64,000 nucleotides of DNA from Terriglobia bacterium. GTDB taxonomy: Bacteria; Acidobacteriota; Terriglobia; 20CM-2-55-15. Below the pieces are notes generated by a model. The model was not told the origin of the DNA, ran no database searches, and was given only the letters and a program-made list of their open reading frames with translations. Positions within the stretch are counted from its first letter, which is position 1, and each line of letters opens with the position of its first letter. Shown piece by piece: positions 31,145-41,803 of this stretch. A program made the position numbers and the translations under genes. The stretch is from contig CBDCLE010000002.1 of assembly GCA_965218585.1 (NCBI GenBank), positions 224,001 through 288,000 on the forward strand, written 5' to 3'.

Positions 31145-31981
31145 TTGTCCCTTCCTTTGGAGTCGGAGATGGACTACGAAAACGGACACCTTCTTTGGTC
31201 AGTACAGGATCTACGCAATGAACTCGGCGACACCGAATTGGTGACGCTGGACCTCAGACCTCCAGAAGACTTTGCGATGGGACACATACCCGGCACCGGG
31301 AGTCTCGACATCTTCGGCATCAGCCTGATCGATACGCGCCCGGAGCCGCTGGCTGCGTTTCTGTGGATTATCGAGCACTTGATCGGGGCCAAGGGCGTAT
31401 CGACTCATAGCCCGGTCGTCGTTTACGACCGGATCAGCGGCGAGCGCGCGTCTCGATTGTTCTGGTTTCTGGAGTTCTTTGGTCATGCGAATGTGCGTTT
31501 TCTGAATGGAGGTTTCCAGGCATGGTCGGAGGCGGGATTTGAGACGACTCGGGACGCAGAGGTTTCCGCGCGGGGAAACTTTAAGGCAAATCCTCAGAGC
31601 GAACTCCTTGCGACGGCAGATGACATCCTCGAACGACTCGGAAATGCCGACACAGCCATAGTCGACGCCCGGTCCGAAGCCGAAAACAACGCCACACTGG
31701 TTCGGTCGGCGAGGGGCGGACGGATTCCAGGCGCGATCCACATGGAGTGGAAAAACAACCTGAACTCTGACGGGACGTTTAAGTCAGCCTCCGGACTCGC
31801 AGCCCAATACGCCGAGATTGGCGTGACGCCGGATCGCGAAATAATCCCCTATTGCCAGGGAGGATACCGGTCAGCCAACACTTACCTGGCGCTGCGCCTG
31901 ATCGGCTATCCACGAGTCCGGAATTACTTGGGCTCGTGGGGCGAGTGGGGTAACCGCGACGGGCTCCCAATCGAAAAATAG
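31145..31981 (+). CDS. Two-domain rhodanese/sulfurtransferase
   Basis: GHIPG, GRIPGA, active loop YCQGGYRS, YLGSWGEW. Confidence 0.92.
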   Translation: MSLPLESEMDYENGHLLWSVQDLRNELGDTELVTLDLRPPEDFAMGHIPGTGSLDIFGISLIDTRPEPLAAFLWIIEHLIGAKGVSTHSPVVVYDRISGERASRLFWFLEFFGHANVRFLNGGFQAWSEAGFETTRDAEVSARGNFKANPQSELLATADDILERLGNADTAIVDARSEAENNATLVRSARGGRIPGAIHMEWKNNLNSDGTFKSASGLAAQYAEIGVTPDREIIPYCQGGYRSANTYLALRLIGYPRVRNYLGSWGEWGNRDGLPIEK

Positions 31982-32035
31982 GGTCAGAAACCGGTGTCCC
32001 GACCCAATCTCTGCTTCGTGTTACTGTAAATCGTT

Positions 32036-32206
32036 ATGCCCAAGATCACGATCAACGGTGAGGAGTACGAGGTCGATCCGGGAAAGACGATCATCCAGGT
32101 GGCGGATGAGGTCGGCGTCCCGATTCCCCGGTACTGCTACCACCCGGACATCGGTCAAAGTGTACGATCCATCCCAGGAAGTCTGCGACTACCCCTCGGC
32201 GACTGA
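32036..32206 (+). pseudogene. Truncated N-terminal 2Fe-2S fragment of a NuoG/FdhA-like protein
   Basis: MPKITINGEEYEVDPGKTIIQVADEVGVPIPRYCYHPDIG, then loses similarity before the CRxC motif; 56 aa, absent from the ORF track. Confidence 0.7.
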
Positions 32207-32331
32207 GCAGCGTTATTCATCTGTTGTTCATGAGTCGCTGATCAACAAACGGCAGTAAGACGATTTTTTACCGCAGAGGCAAAGAGAGCTGCGGGAGTAG
32301 CCGTGGATGGATCAGGCGCGACGCCAAGAAA

Positions 32332-32418
32332 CGGAGGAAGAGGGATTCGAACCCCCGGCGCCGTTTCCAGCGCAGTGGTTTTCAAGACCACCGCCTTCGA
32401 CCGCTCGGCCATTCCTCC
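32332..32418 (-). tRNA. tRNA-Ser(UGA)
   Basis: Minus strand GGAGGAATGGCCGAGCGGTCGAAGGCGGTGGTCTTGAAAACCACTGCGCTGGAAACGGCGCCGGGGGTTCGAATCCCTCTTCCTCCG; long variable arm, G73. Confidence 0.95.
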
Positions 32419-32530
32419 GTGGGAAAAGCTTACCATGTAAAGCTGCTGTTTTCTTTTAGTTACTAGCCAGTGATAATGTAAACGAAGTGCCGGGTGCCCG
32501 AAAATTCAGCTGCAATCAGTTCAGGCACAG

Positions 32531-33775
32531 GTGGACACAAGAGGAGAGTACTTGTCGACGACCGAATCCTACGACGTGACCGTGATCGGCGCTGGACTGA
32601 TTGGCCTTTCAACCGCGATGCACCTGCTGGAGCGGTATCCGGACCTGCGGGTCGCAGTCATAGAGAAAGACCCCCACCCAGCATCGCAACAGTCTGGTCA
32701 CAACAGCGGTGTCATTCACTCGGGGATCTACTACAAGCCAGGCTCTTTCAAAGCGCAGTTCTGCGTGGAGGGCCGCGCCTCGATGACCCAGTTCTGCACC
32801 GACAACGAGATTCCCACATGGAAATGTGGCAAGCTCATCGTTGCGACGCGAGAGGACGAATTGGGACGGCTCGAAGCGCTTCTGGAACGTGGAACAGCGA
32901 ACAAGGTCAAAGGACTGGAACTTGTCGGTCCAGAACGCATCAAGGAAATCGAACCCCATGTCAGCGCGATCAAGGCTCTGTGGGCGCCGGGAACCGGTAT
33001 CGTAGACTTCCGAAAGGTTGCGGCCGTCTACTTGAACAAGGTGCGTTCGGCCGGAGGCGACGTGTACTTTGACACGAGGCTCCAACGCGTCACGAAACAC
33101 GGAAACGAGACTGTTCTCGAAGCAAACACCAATGGGTTCAGGACACGCTACGCGGTCAACTGCGCCGGCCTCCACTCCGATGTCGTGGCTCGAATGATGG
33201 GCGTTCGACCCAACCTGAGGATCGTTCCGTTTCGGGGAGAGTACTACACGCTTAAGAAGGAAAAGGAGTCACTGGTCAAAGGCCTGATATATCCAGTTCC
33301 CAATCCGGACTTTCCGTTCCTCGGCGTCCACTTTACCCAAACTATGAAGGGCTTTGTCGAGGCCGGGCCGAACGCCGTCCTTGCACTGAAGAGAGAGGGC
33401 TACCGCAAGCGGGACGTCTCACTCGGCGAAATGCTCGGTACGTTTACCTACGCGGGATTCTGGCGACTTGCGTTTCGCGAGTGGAAAATCGCCGTCTGGG
33501 AGGTCAACAGGTCATTCAGGAAAAGCGTATTCGTCAAGAGCCTCCAGCGATTGATCCCCGAAGTCACATCGAACGATCTTGGCCGGGGAGGGTCCGGCGT
33601 CCGAGCTCAGGCAGTAGCGCCTGACGGTTCGCTTCTGGACGACTTCCGCATCGAACAGGGGTCCAACACTGTCCATGTACTCAATGCACCTTCTCCAGGT
33701 GCAACGTGCTCCCTCGTCATTGGCCGTTATATCGTCGACTTGGCTGAGAAAAGCTTTTCACTGCGTCGAGCTTAG
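32531..33775 (+). CDS. lhgO: L-2-hydroxyglutarate oxidase
   Basis: GAGLIG FAD motif, SGHNSGVIHSGIYY, FPFLGVHFT, SGVRAQA, NAPSPGAT. Confidence 0.9.
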   Translation: MDTRGEYLSTTESYDVTVIGAGLIGLSTAMHLLERYPDLRVAVIEKDPHPASQQSGHNSGVIHSGIYYKPGSFKAQFCVEGRASMTQFCTDNEIPTWKCGKLIVATREDELGRLEALLERGTANKVKGLELVGPERIKEIEPHVSAIKALWAPGTGIVDFRKVAAVYLNKVRSAGGDVYFDTRLQRVTKHGNETVLEANTNGFRTRYAVNCAGLHSDVVARMMGVRPNLRIVPFRGEYYTLKKEKESLVKGLIYPVPNPDFPFLGVHFTQTMKGFVEAGPNAVLALKREGYRKRDVSLGEMLGTFTYAGFWRLAFREWKIAVWEVNRSFRKSVFVKSLQRLIPEVTSNDLGRGGSGVRAQAVAPDGSLLDDFRIEQGSNTVHVLNAPSPGATCSLVIGRYIVDLAEKSFSLRRA

Positions 33776-34061
33776 AACCTCTAATCCGAAACGCTCCGGG
33801 ATTCTCACCGTGATTCATCAACGTAACTTCAAAGGACTTCAAATGAAATGATTGCAGCAATCGTTCACGCCCGGATGGGATCGAGTCGACTTCCAGGCAA
33901 GGTATTAATGGACATCTGCGGACAACCTCTCTTGTGGCACGTAATCGAACGCGTCAAAGGAGCAATGACTATCGACGAAGTCATTGTCGCAACAACCGAG
34001 GAACCTGGTGATCGCCCTTTGAGGCATTACTTGAAGCAACTCGACGTAAAAACGTTTCTAG

Positions 34062-35603
34062 GAGTCTGCGCGGCAGAGCGGAAAGAACCTGGATTTATTG
34101 GGATTTGATCGTGTTGTCGGAGGCGACCGGACCGATTCTGCCGTTATGATGAACTCAGACCGGTGCGGACTCCAGTAGTAAGCCGTGTGATAAGGGTGGC
34201 GGTCCCGGTTTTCCGGATTAGGCCCATTCGATCTTCCCGTTCATCCGTCGTAAGTTCACTGCTAGAGTCACCAGGTTCCACTCACAGGTCACCTTGTCCA
34301 AACCTCGCAGGCTGAACTGTCGGAATCCGAGCACCGATTTGATCCACCCGAAGGGCGGTTCACCAATGTGCTTTCTGGCCCGGTAGCGATCACGCCCAGA
34401 CGGGGATTTCATTTTTCTCGTCATCCGACCAAGCGCGGTATCTTGTGGCGGGAGGGGGGCATCGTCCAGGTCCTTCTCCCGCCCCATGGCGACATACCCA
34501 TCAATTTGGCGTTGTTCTAACATCCCCAGATTCGACTCGGATCGATACCCCGCATCAGCGAGCACGCGGCCTGGAGACTCTCCCAGGTTGTTGTTCACCG
34601 CATCCAGAGTCGGCTCCAACTGCCCCACATCCGACGCATTGTCGCTCACCGTGGTCGCCACGATGATCCGGGCCTCGGAATCCACCATCGCCTGCGCGTT
34701 GTAACATTGCTGGAACCCTTCCGTGGAGGTCTTCATGATCCGGCTTTCTGGATCGGTGAAGTTCTCCTGGGCCTTGGGCTTGGGCTCGCCCATGGGGCGT
34801 TTGAATGGCTTGCCCTTCTTTCCGCTTCCCGGTTCGTCGTCTCCCGGTTTCCGTCCGGCTTCCTGGTCCGCAGCCATCTGACGTTCCTCGAGTCGCTTCA
34901 TCGCCGCCTGGATCGTGGCCAGACGCTTCTTACGGGTCGCCAACCCGTCGGGTAGTTCGTCTCCGCGCCGGTCCTTGCCGTAACGCTGGTCTTCGTCCTC
35001 ATCGGTCGCGGTCGCCCGGTTCAACAGATCCCGAATCTGCTCACCCAACTCGGTCTCCTGCTTCTTCATGCGTTGATAGCTCATCGCTTTGCGTTTGCTC
35101 GCATTCGCCCGCATCTTGGTTCCGTCCACCGCTACCGTCCCCATCTTCACCAAACCCGCTTCTCGCGCCATCATCACCACTTGCACAAACAGCTTCCCGA
35201 ACTCCTCAAGATGCAGTTTGCGAAAATCCGAGATCGTTCGGTGCGCGGGAAAGTTCTCGGCTCCCAACATCCGGAACGCCACATCTTCTCTCAACTTCGC
35301 TGCGATCTTCCTGGATGAAAACACTCCGGTCCCGTACCCATAGATCATCACCTTCACCATCATCCGCGGATCGAAGGCCTGATTGCCAGGCCCGTCAGTT
35401 CCATGCCTCTGTTCGAACCCGCTCAAATCCATCGCGTCCACAGCATCCGATATGAAGTACGACAGGTGATCTTCGGCCAGCCAATCGCTCAGCGACGGTG
35501 GCATCAGCAGGCTCTGTTCTGGAATATAGGCTCGGTAAGTTCGTGGCATGCCCTATCTTCCATCCATTCCCGCCCAATTTCGGTCCTTCTGCCGCGCAGA
35601 CTC
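34062..35603 (-). mobile_element. IS1182-family insertion sequence
   Basis: 16-bp perfect IR gagtctgcgcggcaga (34062-34077, 35588-35603); CTAG duplication at 34058-34061 and 35604-35607. Confidence 0.92.
34218..35549 (-). CDS. IS1182-family DDE transposase
   Basis: PAHRTISDFRK, AVDGTKMRANAS, NFTDPESRIM, ADAGY, EPPFGWIK. Confidence 0.92.
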   Translation of the reverse strand: MPRTYRAYIPEQSLLMPPSLSDWLAEDHLSYFISDAVDAMDLSGFEQRHGTDGPGNQAFDPRMMVKVMIYGYGTGVFSSRKIAAKLREDVAFRMLGAENFPAHRTISDFRKLHLEEFGKLFVQVVMMAREAGLVKMGTVAVDGTKMRANASKRKAMSYQRMKKQETELGEQIRDLLNRATATDEDEDQRYGKDRRGDELPDGLATRKKRLATIQAAMKRLEERQMAADQEAGRKPGDDEPGSGKKGKPFKRPMGEPKPKAQENFTDPESRIMKTSTEGFQQCYNAQAMVDSEARIIVATTVSDNASDVGQLEPTLDAVNNNLGESPGRVLADAGYRSESNLGMLEQRQIDGYVAMGREKDLDDAPLPPQDTALGRMTRKMKSPSGRDRYRARKHIGEPPFGWIKSVLGFRQFSLRGLDKVTCEWNLVTLAVNLRRMNGKIEWA

Positions 35604-37100
35604 CTAGGTAGCGAAGACGACGTTCTGGATCGCGTCTATCAGGCAGCGAAGCACTACAAGGTTGACACCATAGCAAGAATCACCCCCGACGACCCGTTCA
35701 AAGATCCGGAAATCATCGACCGTGCCGTAACATTGCTGACGGAAGCTACGCCCCCAGTCGACTACGTCGCCAACTGCAGCTACGACGGAAGCATTCCGGT
35801 GTCTTACCCGGAGGGAATCGATATAGAAGTAATGACGTTCGAGTGTCTGGAAAGGATGTGGAATGGTGCGAATTTAAAATCCGAGCGGGAATGCTTGACT
35901 CCTTACGCTTTCCGGAATCAGGGCGAATTCAGAAAATTGGGCTTCCAACATACCGAAGACCTCTCCCACCATCGTTGGACGATCGACTACGAGAAGGACT
36001 TGGAGTTTGCCAGAGCGGTGTATGGGCGCCTTTATCCGGGAAATCGCCTATTTCTGATGGGTGACGTACTCGACCTTCTGGAAGCCGAACCAGAACTCTC
36101 ACAGATTAATGCTGGGATCGAGCGATACGAAGGATATTGGCGGGCAGTAGAATCCGACAGTTAGTCCTAAACGGGAATTACCGGTGTTTCCCTGTTCCGG
36201 CCAACCAATTCGCACAGTTATCCTCTATGGACCACCAACTCGCCCAACCACATCTAACGACGGGCGTCTAGCTAACTTGACTCATTACAGCTACTTAGAT
36301 AAGATTGATACTGGAGAGGAATGATCCTTGTCCTCAACCTAGCAACGCGACTCATCCGATTCAACTCGGAGGCAAAATGACGAACGTCAAGCTGGATCCC
36401 GCAGCCTTCACAACGAGCCCTTGGGCCTCGGCTCAGAGAACCGAGGATTTCCTGAAAGTGAATTATCCCAGTCTGAAGGGAATGAAGGTGATGCTGATCG
36501 TTCCTGACGACCACTACCGTAAGAAACTGATGCCTCTGGGACCCGGCTACGTCGCAACCGCCATGCAGCGATGTGACATCGACGTCGTGCTCAAGGATTT
36601 TTCAGTCTACATGCATGACGACATTGAGATCGCCAAGGTGCTTGTCGAAAGCGGTATCAAGATCTTTGCGATGGGAGCGCTATATTCCATGATTCGCGAG
36701 GTCGAGAGAATATGCAACATCATCCGTGCCGTAGTTCCTGATGCGACCATTATTCTCGGTGGCTCTTTGCCAAGCCCCATTCCGGAGTTCGTTCTTAGAC
36801 GAACCGGTGCAGATATCGCGACGATCGGAGAGGCGGAGATCACGATCGTCCATCTAATGGACGCGATCGCTGGAAATCGAAATATCGAGGACGTTCAGGG
36901 TATCGCCTACATCGCAGACGGCGAGTTTGTGGACAACGGAACACCGTTATTGCCACGCCAGGCTACGAGAGAAGAGGTGGGCTGGCCAGCTCTGGACTTG
37001 TACCCAATCGAGTCGTATCTGCACACCGCCAAGTTTCATCCCTTCCACCAAAACGAACCGTGATTATGCCGATCGTCACTGGTCGGGGGTGTCCTACGCC

Positions 37101-38465
37101 GAGGTCGTTCCAATCGGTGTGTAAAAAGAGAAGGCGGTGTACGCTTTCGGTGAATTCGAAACCGTAAGCAATCCCGGCAGCAATCGGGAGAAAGGTACAC
37201 CACCCATGAAGAAGAAGAACATACCGGCATCAGTGGCGTCAACGAACGCGTATGAAGGTTTGGAGGACTGGGCGCGATCCCGGGTCCAAGTCTGGCTACA
37301 GGAGCTGCTCGAGGACGAAGTCACGCAGTTTCTGGGTCGGGAAAAGTTGGAGCGGAGTCCGAATCGACGAGGATACCGGAACGGTCACGGGAAACCGCGA
37401 CGCTTCGCAATGATGAACGGTACGATGGAGGTTCGACGACCTCGGGTTCGAAACACCGCCGAGCGGTTCGAGAGTCAGATCCTGCCGTATTTTCGACGGA
37501 AATCGAAACAGCTGGGCGAGCTACTTCCCGATCTCTACCTCCACGGCCTGGCCACAGGGGACTTCGAGCAGGCCATGCGCGGACTGCTTGGCGCTGGCGC
37601 TCCGTTGTCGCGAGCATCGATCCAACGACTGAAATCGATCTGGCAGTTGGAGTATGACGAGTGGGTCCAGCAGGACCTGTCCGGCCTCGAGGTCGTGTAC
37701 CAGTGGGCAGACGGCTTGTACGTGAAAGCGGGGATCGCGAAAGAGCGAGCGGCATTGCTGGTGATCATCGGAGCCTTGTCAGACGGGCGCAAAGTGCTGT
37801 TGGCCTGTGAGAGCGGGCAGCGGGAAAGCAAGGAGTCCTGGAGCCGCATTCTGCGCAATCTCCAGAGACGGGGCCTGAAGCTGGGACGGCTGACTGTCGC
37901 GGACGGTCACCTGGGCATCTGGTCCGCGCTGGCCGAGCAACAGCCCCAGGGCCAGGAACAACGCTGCTGGAACCACAAGTCGATCAACGTGGTCGATCAT
38001 CTGCCGAAGACCGAGCAGCCCGCGGCCAGACAGCTGCTTCATGGGATGGCCTTCGCGAACTCCCGCGCGGCCTGCGAACGAAAGCGGGATCAGTTCGTCC
38101 GCCGATATGAGAAGAACTATCCCAAAGCGGGTGAGACGCTGTTGCGGGACTGGGACCGGATGATTACTTTCTATGAGTTCCCGAAACAACACTGGGTGCA
38201 TCTGAGAACGACCAACATCGTCGAGTCGCCCTTCGACATGGTTCGTCTCCGCACCAACGCCGCTCGCCGATTCAAGCGTGTCGAGAATGCAACGGCAATG
38301 ATTTGGAAGCTACTACGTGTCGCTGAGAAGGCTTGGCGACACTTAAAAGGATCCGAACTCTTACAAGAGGTCTATGATGGCCAGCAATTCGCTGACGGCA
38401 TCAGAGTCGTGATGAAATCGAAGGCCGCCGCCTGATGACTTTTACACACCTTTTGTAATGACCTC
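37101..38465 (+). mobile_element. IS256-family insertion sequence
   Basis: Imperfect 26-bp IRs gaggtcgttccaatcggtgtgtaaaa / ttttacacaccttttgtaatgacctc; 8-bp duplication cctacgcc at 37093-37100 and 38466-38473. Confidence 0.93.
37207..38435 (+). CDS. IS256-family (Mutator-like) transposase
   Basis: GYRNG, LYLHGLATGDF, WADG, ADG, QRCWNHK, LRTTNIVES. Confidence 0.93.
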
Positions 38466-39467
38466 CCTACGCCTGTAATTTCTGCTATCGAGCCAGCGCC
38501 TATCGGATACGGCCTTACGAGGATATCGTCGATGAAATGGCATACCTGGTCGAAAAATACCGTTTGGACGGCTTCTATATGGTCGACGATTTGTTGATGT
38601 TGAGCCAGGAGAAGATAACGAATTTCTGCCAGGCCGTTATTGAGAGGGGCCTTAGGATCCGCTACAACTGCAATGGTCGAGTGAACACGGTGACACCTGA
38701 GATAATAAGACTGCTCAAGGAATCCGGATGTATCTCCGTGTTCTATGGTTTGGAGTCCGGCAACGACGAGATTCTGAAGATGATGTCGAAGAAAACGACC
38801 ACAGACCAAATTTACAACGCGATCAGACTCACTCGCGAAGCCGGCATCTTCGCTGAATACGCATTCATGTTTGGTCAGCCGGGGGAGAACGAAGAAACGC
38901 TCAAAGACACAGTTCACATGTTGAAGAAGATTTCGTATGGCGAATTTCGGTCGAACAAGATTTCCGGATGCGTTCCGTTCCCGGGAACGGGGTTATACGA
39001 CTGGTGTAAAGAAGCGGGGCGAATCAAAGACGACCAGGACTTCTACGATCGGTATGTTTCCCAGGATTGGTCACTCGATCAGGTTCCGATTAACATGACC
39101 GAACTGGACGACGATAATCTCCGAAACATCTTCAACAAAGCCAATCGGGAACTCAGTGATTTCTTCATCAATGAGATTTCTGATCGATGGGTCGAGGCAT
39201 TCGGTGGTGATGTGCGTGAACTTCAGAAGAACAGTGGCGGTGCTAAGACCATGGATCACATCAGAGAACGAGTCGAATCCAGTGCCAGCACCTTCGATAC
39301 CAGCGGTAGAACCTAGCGACTCATTAGATCGATTCTGCTACCCCTCGCCCTCATCGCGACACTTCTTCAGTTAACACCTGCTGGGCAACCTAAGCGGAGC
39401 GAGCCTTCTGATGATTGCAAACGAGCGATTTGAGATTGCAACGGAAACGCTTCGCGAATAATCGGAA

Positions 39468-40154
39468 ATGGAATGGTCTTCGGATGCCATTCTCCATATC
39501 GCCACGGCCAGACTGCTCATCAGTTCCGACCAGTTCATCGAAGCCGACGCTTCATTGGTGGCTGCCGCGGAGTTCGTCTCTGAATCGAGTGCTTTCGCTG
39601 CTGAACTGGAAGAGCTGTGGGACCGATTCCGTATAAGAAACGGGGACTACGATCTGGCGATCGAAAGTTTTATGAGGGCTGCTGGTCTTGATCCAGCTCG
39701 ACCGGAAAACATGCTGGAACTGGCAGGGCTTTACGCTCTATCGCAGGAATGGGACGAAGCCGCCCTTTGGATGCAGAGCGCCATTCAGACCGCCCCTTAC
39801 AGGGTCGCCGACTACTGGGAATTGCTCGGAGAGTGCCTGATCGATGGCGGGCGTGAAGCTGAAGCCATTTCAGCTTTTGAAGTAGCTCTGGATATAGAGC
39901 CCTACAGGTACCTTGCCCGCTTGCGTCTGGCCGAGGCAATGGAGAGAAACGGCCAATCGGGGACGGCGATAGAACTATTGGAGTTTCTTTCCGATCTGAG
40001 CATTGATTGGAATGTCGAAGTCTACACGCGTCTTGCAGACCTTTACACATCTGCCGGTCGCGACTCGGACGCTCGAAAATCCCTGGACAAAGGAGCAAGA
40101 CTCATTCCAGACAGTGCAGAAATCGACGAGCAGCGCCAGCTGCTTGGAATCTAA
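39468..40154 (+). CDS. TPR-containing protein, possibly a fragment
   Basis: TPR-like helices (AISAFEVALDIEP, ARLRLAEAM); no clear N-terminal domain. Confidence 0.55.
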   Translation: MEWSSDAILHIATARLLISSDQFIEADASLVAAAEFVSESSAFAAELEELWDRFRIRNGDYDLAIESFMRAAGLDPARPENMLELAGLYALSQEWDEAALWMQSAIQTAPYRVADYWELLGECLIDGGREAEAISAFEVALDIEPYRYLARLRLAEAMERNGQSGTAIELLEFLSDLSIDWNVEVYTRLADLYTSAGRDSDARKSLDKGARLIPDSAEIDEQRQLLGI

Positions 40155-40189
40155 TTAGATCCGGCGTTAGTTAAGATCTCAGAGCTCTC

Positions 40190-41578
40190 TCAGATCAGTC
40201 CCACCACCCACAACACGTAGACGACAGCCATCGCTACGGTTCCGTTCACAAACGTCACGCCGCCATAGGAGATCAGGGCAGACTTCAACGACATCCTCGA
40301 AAGCGAAGTGCACACCCAGAAATAACTCGAATTGGGAAACTTGATGATGATCGAACCGGCGGCGCCTGCCAGCATCGTCGCTTCAGGACTGAGACCGAGC
40401 GTGCCGGCTATCGGAGAAACCACCGAAGCTGCCGTGATCACCCCGACGGTGGTGGATCCGGTGATGACATTGCCGACAATGCCCAGAACGAAGGGCAGAA
40501 ATATAGCCGGCAGGCCCGTGAAGGCTACCGCGTTGGCGATCGTTTCAACAGCGGGTGTTCCTCGAAGAATCTGACTCAACGCCCCACCCAGGCCAGTGAC
40601 CATGATAATCATCGCGGACGTGCGGAGTGCGTTTTCCACCCATTCATTCGTCCGGACACCCACCTGCTCGCGTGTGGTGTTCCGGAACGCCAGCAGGACG
40701 CCGATACCGAGCGCAACAACCGGCCAGCCCAGGTAGAGCATCACTGCGTTCACGATATGTTCTTCGGGCAACATCAACCGCGCCGCGCTCTGCCCGGCGA
40801 TCAGGACTAGCGGGATGGCAATGGGCGCATAGGCTCGCCAGGTGGAAGGCAGCTCGGACTCCCGGCCCTGTTCGACAAAGGATTCGCCGACAAATTCCTC
40901 CGACGCCGGGGAATGGACGCGGGGACCGACCACCAGTGCGAAGACCCATCCGGCCAGTGAAGCGATCAGAGTGGCCAAACCCCCGTACACAATCACCGTG
41001 CCCAGATCGGCACCAACCAGCGCAGCGGCTGCCAAGGGACCCGGAGTCGGAGGGACCATCGCATGGGTCATCTGGAGCGCACCGACAAGTCCTGAAGCCA
41101 TCACGCTCATGTTCACGGCGCTTTTGAGAGCGGCGGAGTGCACGAGGGGATTCAAAATGACGTAGCCAACATCGGAAAAAATGGCCAGACCGATGATCCA
41201 CCCACTCATGGTCAGCGCCAGAGGCATGCGCCTTTCGCCAACCCAACGGATCATCGACGAAGTGATCCGTTCGATTCCACCTGTATGTTTGAGCGCCTCC
41301 GCCATGATCGATCCGATCACGATGACGACCGCGATGCTCTCGATCGTGCCTCCGAATCCCTGCTCGAAGGCCGTGATGAACGCGCCCCGGTTGATACCCG
41401 GCATCAGGGCGAACAATACGATCGGCACGAGTAGCGCTATGAACACATGCCATTTGAAACGGGTGATCATCAGAAACAGGAGTGCGATAACGGCTATCAG
41501 TCCCCCTATTGCGATGATGGCGCTCTCAGTGATCATCAAGGAATCTCCTCTAGAGGTTTCCGATACTTCGGATAGCAT
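40190..41578 (-). CDS. GntP-family permease
   Basis: Multi-TM; GFGGTI, FSDVGYVIL, HAMVPPTPGP, GSTTV, NSSYFW. Likely start at 41536. Confidence 0.9.
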   Translation of the reverse strand: MLSEVSETSRGDSLMITESAIIAIGGLIAVIALLFLMITRFKWHVFIALLVPIVLFALMPGINRGAFITAFEQGFGGTIESIAVVIVIGSIMAEALKHTGGIERITSSMIRWVGERRMPLALTMSGWIIGLAIFSDVGYVILNPLVHSAALKSAVNMSVMASGLVGALQMTHAMVPPTPGPLAAAALVGADLGTVIVYGGLATLIASLAGWVFALVVGPRVHSPASEEFVGESFVEQGRESELPSTWRAYAPIAIPLVLIAGQSAARLMLPEEHIVNAVMLYLGWPVVALGIGVLLAFRNTTREQVGVRTNEWVENALRTSAMIIMVTGLGGALSQILRGTPAVETIANAVAFTGLPAIFLPFVLGIVGNVITGSTTVGVITAASVVSPIAGTLGLSPEATMLAGAAGSIIIKFPNSSYFWVCTSLSRMSLKSALISYGGVTFVNGTVAMAVVYVLWVVGLI

Positions 41579-41803
41579 TTACTCCGTCGAACATGCGGAA
41601 ACACAATAGTCTTCGTAGACAGATTTTCCAACGTAAACCTTCGCCGGATACCTGACAGGAGACGATTTTCTCCAATACCCGTCTAACAGACGGCGAACAG
41701 AGATAGAATTCTTTACAATTCCGGCCCTAAACGGATGCCGAACATATTGCTTCGTTTTGCTGGCCGAGGTACGCTCTAGGAACAGTTTCTGAGGAGATTT
41801 CTG

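Larger units (their letters stand above)
33848..36164 (+). pseudogene. SpsF/PseF-like cytidylyltransferase disrupted by IS1182
   Basis: ARMGSSRLPGKVL N-terminus; removing the IS and one CTAG restores KTFLGSEDDVLDRVY in frame; RWTIDYEKD near the end. Confidence 0.88.
36305..39316 (+). pseudogene. B12-binding radical SAM protein disrupted by IS256
   Basis: B12-binding domain (PLGPGYVA, IILGG, IGEAE); GRGCPYA|CNFCY split by the IS; then DD, GLESGNDEIL, FMFGQPGE, PFPGT. Extra 1-bp slips near 37060 and 37093. Start may be 36377. Confidence 0.88.

Noticed and set aside
36166-36220. aaacgggaattaccggtg...ccgg resembling the start of a cobalamin riboswitch upstream of the B12 enzyme
   Set aside because: Lacks the T-loop, GCCACTG and the B12 box; better explained as a short hairpin or REP-like motif.
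37061-37063. TGA in the radical SAM gene as selenocysteine (selA is present)
   Set aside because: The protein continues in a different frame (IMPIVTGRGC), so this is a 1-bp slip rather than readthrough.
32531-40154. Integrase-driven genomic island at tRNA-Ser
   Set aside because: The region lies 5' of the tRNA, and no integrase or duplicated tRNA 3' end (att site) was found.
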